Positions 1 to 11,647 of a stretch of 64,000 bases of DNA are shown here, in pieces. This DNA comes from Geosiphon pyriformis uo1 (taxonomy: Eukaryota; Fungi; Glomeromycota). The position numbers and the translations under genes are program-made. The notes below the pieces were generated by a model. That model was given only the letters and a program-made list of their open reading frames with translations, searched no databases and was not told the DNA's origin. Numbering within the stretch: the stretch's first letter is position 1; each line of letters opens with the position of its first letter. The DNA is taken from contig JAAOMT010000302.1 of NCBI GenBank assembly GCA_016748015.1, positions 186,001 to 250,000 on the forward strand. The letters are read 5' to 3'.

Positions 1-66
1 TCAGTTTAAATGGCACATATAATCGTTTTAATTTGAATTTAGTGGTGATAAAAAAACTCTACATAC

Positions 67-402
67 CTCAACAGCCAATTGTTCATCATCCACCAGCCTA
101 TTCCTAGCATTCAGCCCCACTTTGTCGACTAAATTACCAATCTATGCATCTGTTCTGTATTAGTGCTGAGGCGTATTAGAAGCATAAACATCTATTTGTG
201 AACAGTGGCATGTGAATTAAAGGAGTACTCTAAGAAGAATACGAGGAATATTATCCCTGTTGTTTCTAGGATAAAGTTTCGGAGTTTTATTGAAAGGGTT
301 GATAGTTGATAGTGTGCATCTTATAACTGGAAAAGTTGCCTGGTGGTTCAGGATAGAAGGGGCAAAGTATTGAATGATAAGAGAGTAAGAGCAATAATGT
401 AC
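67..402 (-). pseudogene. Probable exons of a second degraded intron-containing gene of unknown family
   Basis: Minus strand shows ctaatacag|...exon (QMHRLVI*STKWG*MLGIGWWMMNNWLL)...|gtatgt at ~154-67, and an open frame after a tag acceptor at ~402-230 (VHYCSYSLIIQYFAPSILNHQATFPVIR...). The stops are compatible with TGG>TAG and CGA>TGA. Family not recognised. Confidence 0.4.
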
Positions 403-809
403 CTAGAATGTGTGTATACAGTTTTAATAGTAACCCATGGAATAATAACATTTTCTTTGGTAAAGTTTTGATGGCTTGATCTAATCACACTTTTTACAGA
501 TAGTGAAACATCATGATCATTGTATTGATTTTGGATGCCTGTTTCGGAAACAATGGAATGTATGTAAACTGCAAAGACCTTTGCCTTTAAATGATTTGAT
601 GAATTGTCACATTAGGGAATATATAGCATAATAACAGATGTCTTGGTAACCTTTTTATATTCATGTGTCATTCGTAGTTAGCTGAGCATTAAGAGAAGAT
701 CAGGCGCTTATCACAGGGTTTCACTCATTAATAATTTAATTGAATGTTAAACATAAAATAAATATTCAATATTATAAAAACTATAATATCCTTGATCCCT
801 TCCTACTTT

Positions 810-2830
810 TTATTCATTATTTGATATGGACAAAACTATGCAGTTCCAATTTGCATCCCAAAGTGCCTGCTGAAATTCTTTTATATGAGTTCGCATTATT
901 TCCAGTTTAGAAGAGTTTATAAGATAATCAGTGAATAGGTTTTTTAGGTATAAAAGTTGTTATTAGTAGAAGAGGTTATATATAATCTTAATTAAGAGAA
1001 GCACATACTATCAATTATTTTGATAGTTCATCAGCATTATTAAATATTAATCCGTTTTTTCCATGTTGAATTAGCTCATCAAGACTGAATAATAGATTAG
1101 GAAGAATAATAAAATAGTTTTTAATGAATTCCAACTCTTAATTAAATATAAATTCATATTTACCACTTAAAGTTGATTGCACAGACAGGCAAATCACATC
1201 CAAACATATTTACTACCTTCATAGAAAGATTCATTCCTAAAGATGATTTATGAAGAGAAATCCCAAGATTCGCTGATTCTGTGGAATGGTATTATTATGC
1301 CTATCAACATTATAATCAACAAAGAATTAACTTACCTAATATCAAAGGATAGTCTTCAACAGTTAACCATGTTGTCACAACCCTTACATTGGTCAATAAA
1401 AGTCTACTAATATTCCATGTATATATATCTTTCAATGGGGCGTTTTCCATTATCATAAATAATAATTTTGGGAAAGGTTTGGCACCTCCCTTTACCAAGT
1501 TACTTTTAGCAAATTTGTCGCATATCTTGGCTGCTTTCCAATAATATTGAAAAATCTTCATTTGCTGTCCAACTTATACTGCTAATAATGTGTATTGGAC
1601 AATCGGAACAATATTTGGCAGGTTCTTTTGGCAATGGTTTAATTGTTATTAAAGTTGGGTTGCTGGCATTACAAGCAATCCAATAGATTGTAAAGAGATA
1701 ATATCTTCTGATCTGATCCCTTAGTTCTTTCTTAGAAACAAATTAGAAGTTAATATTGAGTCTATTGAAATGAAGTAGGAAAGAAATTATCTTGTGTATT
1801 TCTTCGATGTCTAATCTGCGGAAATGGGTTGGTGGACAATTTTATAAAGTCGAAACTTTGCCACTATAACAATATTAAGATTTTTTTAAAAAGAAATGTT
1901 TCATAATATGAAGAAGACTTATTCGACATCTCAGTTATAAAGAAGCTCTTAATGCAGGACTGCAGTCATGGTGAAGTGGGCTACTGCTCTATGTCCCCAT
2001 ACTCTTTTGCGTCTATAATGAAACAAATTAAAGATCATATCACTTATAAACATAAGACAATATCTTTAAAGCTTTATTAAACAAGCTATTTCACAAATTT
2101 AACTATTCTGCTGTTAGGGCCCAATCGAAGCCCTAGAATAGTATAGCCAAAGTTATGCCAATCAATAATCAGATTTGTTTGCCATTGCCAGCATATGAAT
2201 TGAACAATGAAAAGAGTAGGAATAAAAGGTGGATTCTATATCTGAGATGAAAAGATTGCCACAGTGAATCATGAAATATATTTTTTTGCACAATTAAGTT
2301 CTTGCGCACAAACTATAAATCCTTATAGATTTATCTGGACTATTACGAAATCTGGTGAACTAATCCACCATAAAAGGGTCCAATACAGCAGCAAAATCTG
2401 GGAATGTGTGTAAATCAAAAAAAAACACGTTCGGAAAGAATTCAGACAGGCATCATGAATATGATATATAATGAATTTTTATCTTTGGATTGTCGAATAT
2501 AGAATTAAGAGGTCTTATGCCTGTGTAAAGAATATTAAAGATCTATTGAAAAGATCAAAGGTCCTTATATAATATGGTTATAATATTCTTACCATCATAT
2601 CTCACAAAATAAACAGACTATCCATTTTGTGCAAAACTTAATGCATGATATTGCATTCGAGGAGAGCATCCTATATTTCCTAGTTACATTCTTACCAAAC
2701 TTTCTTTTAAATCGATTTACATTGGACTTACTCTTTTTGATCTTGTTTGTTCTCATGTACAGCCACTTAGCCCCTATTGTATTCCAATTTATGCTTGTTA
2801 AAACCAAATCTAATATTATTGTTATAGGCA
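810..2830 (-). pseudogene. ALG1: ALG1 (chitobiosyldiphosphodolichol beta-1,4-mannosyltransferase, GT33) pseudogene, about 9 exons, introns retained
   Basis: Manual spliced translation of the minus strand gives ALG1 motifs in order: LGNIGCSPRMQYHALS (canonical LGDIGRSPRMQYHALS; exon ends 2593), PDFVIVQ|NPPFIPTL...IIDWHNFGYTILGL (2520-2335, 2235-~2087), TL*NCPP (1864-1791), SSISWTANEDFSILL, WLTVEDYPLIL|[39 protein letters not shown]|LDELIQHGKNGLIF (exons ending 1336, 1278-1164, 1084-1009), then WDANW and a stop at 810-812. Clean GT-AG introns at 2592-2521, 1335-1279 and 1163-1085. Several in-frame stops, frameshifts and GT>AT donors. 5' end approximate. Confidence 0.93.
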
Positions 2831-2859
2831 CATTTTCTAATAGACTTGCTAAATTATCA

Positions 2860-4362
2860 CAATATTAAAACCTTTATTCAAAAAACAAAGTTAATAATGC
2901 TCTTCATAAAGAAATTTGTCAATATTCCAAAAATCACTATGGCACGAAACATGATAATATTGTAGCTTACTTCAATCATAAATATCCAGAACTTCATATT
3001 TTTCATCCAACTGTCTCCAAGATAATTAAAGAGCATACAAAGTAGTTGAATATTGAAATTGATAAAATCTCAGAAAGATGTATTCGACACAAAAGCATTA
3101 AATTTCCATTATTAGACCAAGCTTTAAGTTATTGGGTAGAACAAATAATTGCAGCCATTATTGAATTCAATGATCAACTAATTAAAAAAAAAGGAAAAGA
3201 ATTTGCCAAACTTCTTAGTATACATGAAAATGAAATGCAATTCTCAAATAGATGGGTTCAAAAATTCAAAAAACGAAACCAGTTACGTATTTACCGACTT
3301 CATAGTAAGACAGAAAGTGTATCAACAGAAATTTTACCAGAAAAATGAAGAAAATTAAAAACCATTATATCCGAATTTGATCCTGCTGACATATATAATG
3401 CTAATAAAACAGGATTATTTTTTCGTATGGGACCAAATCAAACACTTGCAAAATGTCAAAATATAGGAAAAAAATTGGTATATTATATTTACCAATTATT
3501 ATCATTATATATTATTGTTATATTAAATTAATTGGGTTTTTTATAGAATAAATCTCAGATTACAATTTTTCTTGGTACAAATTCAACTGGATCTTACAAA
3601 TTACAACCTTTAGTAATTGTACATGCAAAAAATCCAAGATGCTTTAAAGAAATTAATACTTCCAACCTATCTGTGATTTACAAATTCAATTCCAAAGCAT
3701 GGATCCACTCAAATATATGGAAAGCATGGCTTAAATATATAAATGAAGGCTTTCGATCTGTTATAATTCAAAGCTATTGGCAAAAAACGGATATTCTTTT
3801 CTATAATCAAGAATTAGAAATTCAAGAATCCGAAACATCAATTGCTATGGATATATTCAACAATTTACCATCAAATGCACAACAATTGGTCAAAAATTTC
3901 GAAGATTATACTGTAGCAGTTGATGAATTATTGGCAACTAAAAATATTCTTGATGATAATGAAATTGTAGATATGGTTTTAGCCGATGCTCAAATGGAAA
4001 CCAATACAATTAATGATTCGAAAGAAGGATTAGAAGAATCTCCACCTGCTATAATTACAATTACAGAAGCATATGAAGCATTAAAAAAAGTAATTAGATT
4101 TGAAGAGCAATTAGCAGAAGAAAATTTTAATATAGAAAACCAAAATTTACTTAGAAAAAAATTATATGAATATGAAAAAATGAAGGAAAATTCTAAAAAA
4201 CAGGTAACAATTAATCAATATTTTAATAATAATAATAATTTATTGATTTAATAAATAAATATAGTTTATTTAATAATAATTATAAAACTCTATAATAGAA
4301 CACCTCTATAATAGAACATAATTTACATGTTCCAACTGTGTTCTTTTATAGAGGTCTACAAT
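2860..4362 (+). mobile_element. Degenerate pogo/Tigger (Tc1-mariner superfamily) DNA transposon, CENP-B HTH plus DDE_1 transposase
   Basis: HTH region (FPLLDQALSYW...FSNRWVQKFKKRNQL), IYNANKTGLFF (canonical IYNADETGLF), then after an intron at 3478-3546 KSQITIFLGTNSTGSYKLQPLVI...NPRCF...NSKAW. Stops at 3043-3045 and 3346-3348. The middle of the DDE domain is deleted. Acidic tail ends KQVTINQYF. Right-end repeats at 4288-4360; no left TIR found. Confidence 0.88.
4288..4360. repeat. Right terminal/subterminal repeats of the pogo element
   Basis: CTCTATAATAGAACA at 4288-4302 and 4304-4318, with an inverted copy TGTTCTTTTATAGAG at 4339-4353 (14/15) followed by GTCTACAATA. Confidence 0.7.
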
Positions 4363-7110
4363 ATTCCAAATTATATAATATTTAAGAATTTATTAAAATA
4401 TTTAAAAAGTTGTCAAAATATTTAAAAGTTTACCAAAATATTTAATTGTTTATTAAAATAACTTGTAATTTGCTAAAATATATCTTTAGTTTGTCAAAAT
4501 ATTAGTGAAAAAAAGTGCTAAATTTTAGAATAGTATTACAACAAATTGTATAAGAAAAAGCTTTTTTCTTTAAGAGAATGCAAACTTTTTTAATAATTAA
4601 TACTACTATAAAATTCACTAATATTCTGAAATTGATTAGCTACCAATTTTAATAAACATTTAGTCAATTCCAGTTTTGGACAAAAAATATTTCTTTTTTT
4701 ATTTCTTTTATTTTAAATTCTTTTTATTTTTTTATTTTTTATATTATTACATAACTTATAATTAAGTATTTTTGTAAAAATATTAATTTTTACTACAAAA
4801 TAATTACACAAAGTAATTGATATAAAATTGGCCATTTTATTATAAGCTCAATAGTATAAACAATTCAAAGTATAAAAAGATATTTTAAAAATAGATTAGT
4901 TTATTAGAGATTTAATAGTTTTTATTAACGACAGAATTAAACAACAATTTAGTATTAATAACATCAAAAAAAAATGAGAAAATATTTTGGTAAAAATGAC
5001 TTTTTAAAAATTAAAAACAATAAATTACAAAAATAAAAATATTTAATATGTTAATATTTTATATAATACAAATATAAAATTATTATATAAACATAAAATT
5101 TAAAAAACATTTTTTTGCTGTATTTCAAGATTTAATAGATGAGTAAGCCAAGTATTTTTTATTATAATAATAATATTTAACTTTGTTCTTGCTAATTTAA
5201 TCTTGTTATATTGTTGTTAAGAGTTTTTTTAATAATTAAAACCCTTTTAAAAAAAATTATAAAGGTTTTTTTTGAAATTTTATTTCTTTGTTAAAACAAA
5301 ATACAGTTATCTTATCACTTGAATCTTTGAAATATCGAAAAAAAGCTAATTTACTAAGTATTTATAAACATAAACTTATAAATATTTTCTATATTAGAAT
5401 TATTAAAAAGTGAATTTATTGTTTGATTAAATATTGAACATTTTTTAAAATAGAAATTGAATAGATTTAATGATCATATTTTGTTAATAAAACATAAATT
5501 AAGAAAATAAAAATAAATGTTAGTTTAAAAAAAATTTATTAAGCAATAGTTTTTTTATTAGCTTTAATATTAATGGCTTTTATGTTTTTATTAAGCTTTA
5601 ACATACATAAAATATTAATGCTATTAATTATTAAAAACTCTTTTAGATTAATTAAAAAGTAGTAAGAAATTAATATATAATTCTTTAAAAATAATATATA
5701 AAGATATTAAAAAAAGTAATAATTAATTACAATAAGACATTTTAAAAATAATATACTAATAAATCACAAAGCTATTTAATAATTACACAAAAATAAATTA
5801 ATATAAGCTTCTATTGTTTGGCTAATATTAAGTTAACATAAAAACAATTATATTTATATTTATAATTTTTATTTTTTAAAATTTTTATGTTTCTTGTTTT
5901 TTTATCCTTATAAATTCATTTAAGTTTTTATTTTGCTTATGTTTTACAGAAATAGTATGACTTTTGTTAATAGTTTCTTTAGTTAAACTTTCTATTATAT
6001 CTTGAGTTTTGTATTTTATTGTTGTTTTGCACTTTAGCTTAAAAATATGTGGTTAGCAGAAATTTTAATAGAATTGGTCAATTTATTTATGATTATAAAT
6101 ATCAAATAAATCTTTACCATATTTTCCAAATTTTGTTGTTCAATATTAAACCACAGATTAGTGATTTTATGCATCTTTTTATAGTAATTTTTGGAATTTT
6201 AATATGTTGAACAAAATGAAAAGTCCAATTAGCCAACCACATTATAAGATCCAGAAAAAAAACAGCAAAATGTGCTGGCTACAACAAAACAATGTTTGTT
6301 GATCAGGTAGCACGAAGTTGTCTTTATTTTTTATGTAGACCATCGATAGCTGCTTAAGATTTTGCTTACTACAACAAGCATGAAGTTCAAAGAAGAGTTC
6401 GCATAAAGTTGATCTTGACTCAACTAAGCAAAAAACCCACATTGTTTCTGCTAGCCATTAAGAGTACAATAAGAGTATGAACATTAACCTCGAATTGCTC
6501 TTCATTAAATTTTCAAGAATACTTACAGAAAACCCTGTTTTTTTATTGCCCAGTAACATCATGTGATCATCATGTTTGCTTTGTCTGGTTTTGTTGCAGT
6601 GCCCCATATAAAAAATAAACGTTAATATTATGGAAATATTTTTGACTGCTTTAAAAAAAAAGTTTTAAATTCAAGAAATATAATTGAGCAGAAAAAAGTT
6701 AATGCCAATTATTTTTATATTTATAAATTCAGACTGAATTTACTAGAGCAGAGAAAAAAGAAGTATAATAAGTATTTTTAATTTATTTATTTTAGCAACA
6801 CTATCATTGCTACCTATATGTACACTTTCTAGAATTTTCATAGCAATGGAAATCATAAATCAACACCCAAAAGGGGTATGGTAGGTAAACGAAATTCAAA
6901 CTGTTCTAATATTTAAGGACATATGTTTGGTAAGTGTTCATTTCCATTGAAAACATTTTTTGGGAATTTCTCATTTTGTGCTTTTTCATAAATGATGTTC
7001 GGAACATCTTATCACTGCCCATACCATCGAGGGCTTTAGTCCATGTGAATGATTAGCACTTGTGTAAGCTATTTACTAGGCTATTAAAACAAAACTATAT
7101 ACAAAGCTAT

Positions 7111-8304
7111 TTAAAATCCTGCTCGCAAATGACTTTTAAGCATTCTATCGGCCAGAATATATCCTCGCTGTGCCGATTTTACATACCATTTAATGGCCTC
7201 GTGCATATCTTTTGGCGTCCCACTTCCATTTTCATAAAAATTACCCAAACAAAATTGTCCCTCAAAATCTCCGGATGCAGCGGATTTCTGGAAACAATAG
7301 TGAGCACGATGATCATTTTGTTTGGATCCGATCGCCTCACGATAAAACTTTCCGAGTACACACCATGCTTCATCTTTTCCAATATCAGCAGCTTGTTGAT
7401 ACCAATGTAAAGCTAATGAAGCATCTTTTTTGGTTCCAATTCCTTGTTCAAAACATTTTGCTACAGTTAATTGACCTCGCCCATCCCCACCCTTGGCAGA
7501 TTCTAAATACCAATAAAATGCGTTGCAATTTTGATGCTTCCAGGTACCCAGTCCATACCGATGACATTCTCCAACTAAAAATTGTGCACTGATATTGCCA
7601 CCAATCGCCGATTGCCGATACCAATAAAATCCTCGCTTTGCATCTCGTTCGACTCCTGAGCCATGATATAGACAGGAACCAAGGTTCATCATACCAATGG
7701 TATCTCCACCATCGGCTGATTTTCGATACAAGTTGTAGGCTATAGATAAATTTTGTTTGATACCTATCCCCTCACCGTAGCAATATGCAAGTAAACAATG
7801 ACCTCGAGAACTCCCAGCATCTGACGCTCTTTTATACCAGTAAAAAGCGTTTTTTTTATCTTTTTTACAACCAATCCCAGCGAGATAACAACCTGCCAGC
7901 GAAACTTGACCCAAAGCGTCATCTTTTCCAGCGGCCATCTTATATAATGCAAATGCTTTCTCTTTATCAGTCTGAGTTCCAATTCCCAATTCATAAAATA
8001 ATCCAAGCAGACGAGTACAGTGGGGAATACACTGATTTTCGTGCAATAAATCCAAGACCGTTTGTAGATGTTGGTTATTTTTAACGAGAAAGTCTGTTAT
8101 GGTTGTGTGAAGCCTTTTCTCAATTTCCCCACGACCAGCAGCTTTGTTATGTAAGCCATCCAAGAGATCAAGTATTTCATTCTCTTTTGGCAATTCCATA
8201 TTGCTGTACTGATCTTCTATCTCGTCGATAGTGCATTTTTGGTAAAAAATTTTTATAAACTTTCCTAAAATCAAATAAACGTAATCAAAACTGAGTGTTT
8301 CCAT
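7111..8304 (-). CDS. Sel1-like repeat (HCP-like) protein, 397 aa, about 8 repeats, intronless, intact
   Basis: Repeated LG.xY..G.G...D...A..WY..AA..G units (e.g. LGLFYELGIGTQTDKEKAFALYKMAA, LGNFYENGSGTPKDMHEAIKWYVKSA). Uninterrupted ORF with many CpG retained. Confidence 0.93.
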   Translation of the reverse strand: METLSFDYVYLILGKFIKIFYQKCTIDEIEDQYSNMELPKENEILDLLDGLHNKAAGRGEIEKRLHTTITDFLVKNNQHLQTVLDLLHENQCIPHCTRLLGLFYELGIGTQTDKEKAFALYKMAAGKDDALGQVSLAGCYLAGIGCKKDKKNAFYWYKRASDAGSSRGHCLLAYCYGEGIGIKQNLSIAYNLYRKSADGGDTIGMMNLGSCLYHGSGVERDAKRGFYWYRQSAIGGNISAQFLVGECHRYGLGTWKHQNCNAFYWYLESAKGGDGRGQLTVAKCFEQGIGTKKDASLALHWYQQAADIGKDEAWCVLGKFYREAIGSKQNDHRAHYCFQKSAASGDFEGQFCLGNFYENGSGTPKDMHEAIKWYVKSAQRGYILADRMLKSHLRAGF

Positions 8305-11300
8305 AAATAATTGATGGTTTTCTAAATCTTAAGAATAAGTAACTTGAAGGAAATTCCAAGTTATTATATAAAAACTATAACAATCATCAAATCTGGCAGG
8401 CTTGTTTAATGGTGTGTGCTACAATCCTTACAGTTGTTTAAACAATGAGATTGTTATGCGATTTTTGATGCTCAAGGAAATTTTTCATACTCACGCATAC
8501 TTCGAATGAACAAAGTTCGGATAATTATCCATTATCCAGACCATAGATAAACAAGGAATATTATGTTGACTTAATAAGTTTTTGGCTGGTTAAGTTAAGG
8601 AGTACTTTGTGTGTAGAACAATATGATATCCAATATGGATATAATGTTTCTGTTGGGATTTATCTCATGCACTTCGAATGATTGAATGATACGGATTCCA
8701 AATATTCAAAGCGTGATTTAACTTGTAAAGAGATAGTCATTCTATAAAACAACCATAAGAAAAGCATGTTAATCTTTTTGAGCCCTCTCTTTGAAATAAC
8801 ATTAAGGAAGTCAAAAAACAGGACTTTGCTTATGTTACACAGTTGACACCTGGATAAGCAGGGGTTGTCAATTTCATTGTTTAACCTTCTCCCCTTTAAT
8901 TGACGGGAAAATGTACCGTATGTTGTAAGCTCTGCATACATCACGAATTTAACCAGTTCATAATAAAGATGCAGGTCAATAAATATCATGCAATTCATGA
9001 TAATGCTATCTTACTGAAATATAACTTGAGTTGGTGCTTTTATCAATATGCTTCAACGGGTAGTGTGCTTATCAATCAGCCAAAGCCTACAATTGCTTTA
9101 TGATTCTCCGAATGATGACCACAACCTTTTGTTAATATGATGCCAATAGACAAATATCCATGGTGTCGGGATAGCTAGATGCATGGAAAGACGTTAAAAT
9201 CGCAACAAAGACAATGCTCAGACTTATACAATCTATTCAATTGAATCTTTAAAAGTAGTAACCAATGATTTGATCAAACCAGATTTCAAGAAAAGATGTT
9301 ATAATTTTTGTTGTAGTGTCTAAACTGATGATTTATTGAGTGCAATCAAGTTTTCAGGGTATCATTTTTTCTTAAAAGTGAGGAGAAATAATGTCGGGTG
9401 TTTTATACAAGAATATCGCATTATGACTGGCAACATGCAAGTATGGAAAATGAGATTTAAAAAAATTTCATATTATGTACATTCTAAAAATACAATTTTA
9501 AAATTTATGGAAATAATATTTGTTGCTGTATAGTTTGCACAATTATTATCAACCTTTGATTTATAAAAAAATTTTACAAAGGTTTTTTTAAACATAAAAA
9601 TTGAAAAAATACATAAATTTTAAAAAAGTTTTAATAAATTGTTTTAATTATTTTAACATATAATTATTAATTTAAACAATTTTTTTTAGTTTAATATAAT
9701 TTTATTATTTATAATTATAATATTTCCTCAACAGACAATTTAATGGGTCAAATATATTAAAAGTTTAGTTCAATTAAAAAATATTTTGTAAAACACAATT
9801 TTTATATATTAATTATGAATTATTCTAAAAACAACACATAATTAATCACTAAAACCAATTAAAACTATTTTATATTAAGCAAAAAAACATATTCTGTGTA
9901 TTTATCTTGTTAATACAACAATCTAAACAATTAATGTTCTTAATAAACTTATTCAGTTATAGATAAGTTATTTTTTTACTAATTTTAATAAAAAAAATCT
10001 AAAAGTAATAAAGTATTATCAACTTATTATATATGTTTTTACTTATAAAAAAAGTTATTTAGATCAACCAATATTAAAATTACTTTTATATTTTTTTATA
10101 AAACTATAAAATCTTTGTATATATATTACTAAGCCAATAATATTACCAATTTGCTTTATTAAAGAATTAACTTGGGTTTTTATTACAAAATAAGTTTTAT
10201 TATTATTGATAAAAATATAATTAAATTAATTAATATATTAATAAGTTAAACAATAAATTTAATCAATTAAAACAGCTTAAATACTTAAAATTTTAAAGAT
10301 AACATTTTTAGAACTATTATATTATTAGATATTAGCAAATATTAAACCAAAAAAAATTAATAATAAAAATATAACAGCTTTAACATAAAATATTTTGTTT
10401 TTAAAAAAAAAACCAATACTTTGAAACCAATAAATTACTTAAATAAAGATCTTAAAAAACCAAAAATTTTAAACTTTAACATTTATAACAAAATTAATAT
10501 TTAAGAGTTTTTTTATCAAATATAACTTTTATAAAAAAAATAATGTTTTTTAATTTATAAAAAAAAATTAAAATTTATTTATAATTATTAAAATTAATTA
10601 ATAAGCAAAACCAGCTTTAACAGCTTTATAAAACTTAAAATACACAATACATATTGTTATAAATTAGCAAATTTTAGCTTAATATTAAACATTTTACCAA
10701 AAACACCAAAAACATTTTTGATTTTATTAAAAAATATACTTAAAAACATATTATATAAAGTTATAATAACAAAAATAGAAGCAAAAGCAAATACAACAAA
10801 AATATTTATAATCTTAAACATAATAATAATAAAATTAGCAAGCTTAATTTTGGTAACAATATTTAAAAAACTTAAAATATAAACTTTATAAAAACAGTTT
10901 TAATAATTTATTTTAAATTAATAAAACTATGTAAAATTAAACATAGTTTAATATAATCTGATTTAATTTTAACTATTATATAAAATATTAAAGCAAAAAT
11001 TACTTATTTAAAAAATTTTCAATAAACTGTAATTATTTTTTAAATACTATTAAAATAAACAGTGTTTTTAAAAAGCAAAGAAAAAATACTGTAGTTTTTT
11101 TTAAAATTAATAATTTATTAAGTTAATTAGTTAAAATTAAATATAAAATTATAATTTATTTTGACAAATATATTGTTATTGTTATTTTTTATAATAAAAA
11201 AAGTTATTATTTACAGTTAAATTGAAAATAAACACCATAATTAATACAATTACAAAAGAAAAAAAATTTTTTTTTTGTTGTCTTGGTTTTTTTAACTATC

Positions 11301-11647
11301 TAAATAGCAAAAAAGAACTTAATGATAAAAAATATAGCTTTATTACTAGTTTTCTGTTAAATATTTTAGAACGATAACAATTAAAAACTGTTTTATATAT
11401 TTATTATTAAAAAAAACATTTTAAAAAATCTTATCTAGTGTTTTTATTTTAAAAGACGTTTTGATCATAGTTATAAAAGATAAAAAACTTCTTTTTCTCT
11501 TCCATCCCAAATTTCTGAAATAGCACATTTTCTGAAAAAAGTTTTTTGGTTTTTTATCTGTCTTATCTTTTATTTTGCTTGGTTTTCACAATTTCTCAAT
11601 TCACTAATCCTTTCATTGTCTCTTTGGCATCTGATGCTGTCAATGCT

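Noticed and set aside
810-2830. Idea that ALG1 is functional through RNA editing or an alternative genetic code
   Set aside because: It has frameshifts (e.g. ~1536), all three stop types, both G>A and C>T lesions, and lost splice donors. The two intact genes in the window read normally in the standard code.
7060-8084. Short ORFs overlapping the Sel1 gene
   Set aside because: Antisense or alternate-frame shadows of the real CDS.
8400-9530. Moderate-GC stretch upstream of the Sel1 gene (also 6200-6600) as a possible gene remnant
   Set aside because: No recognisable motif or consistent exon structure by eye. Left unannotated.
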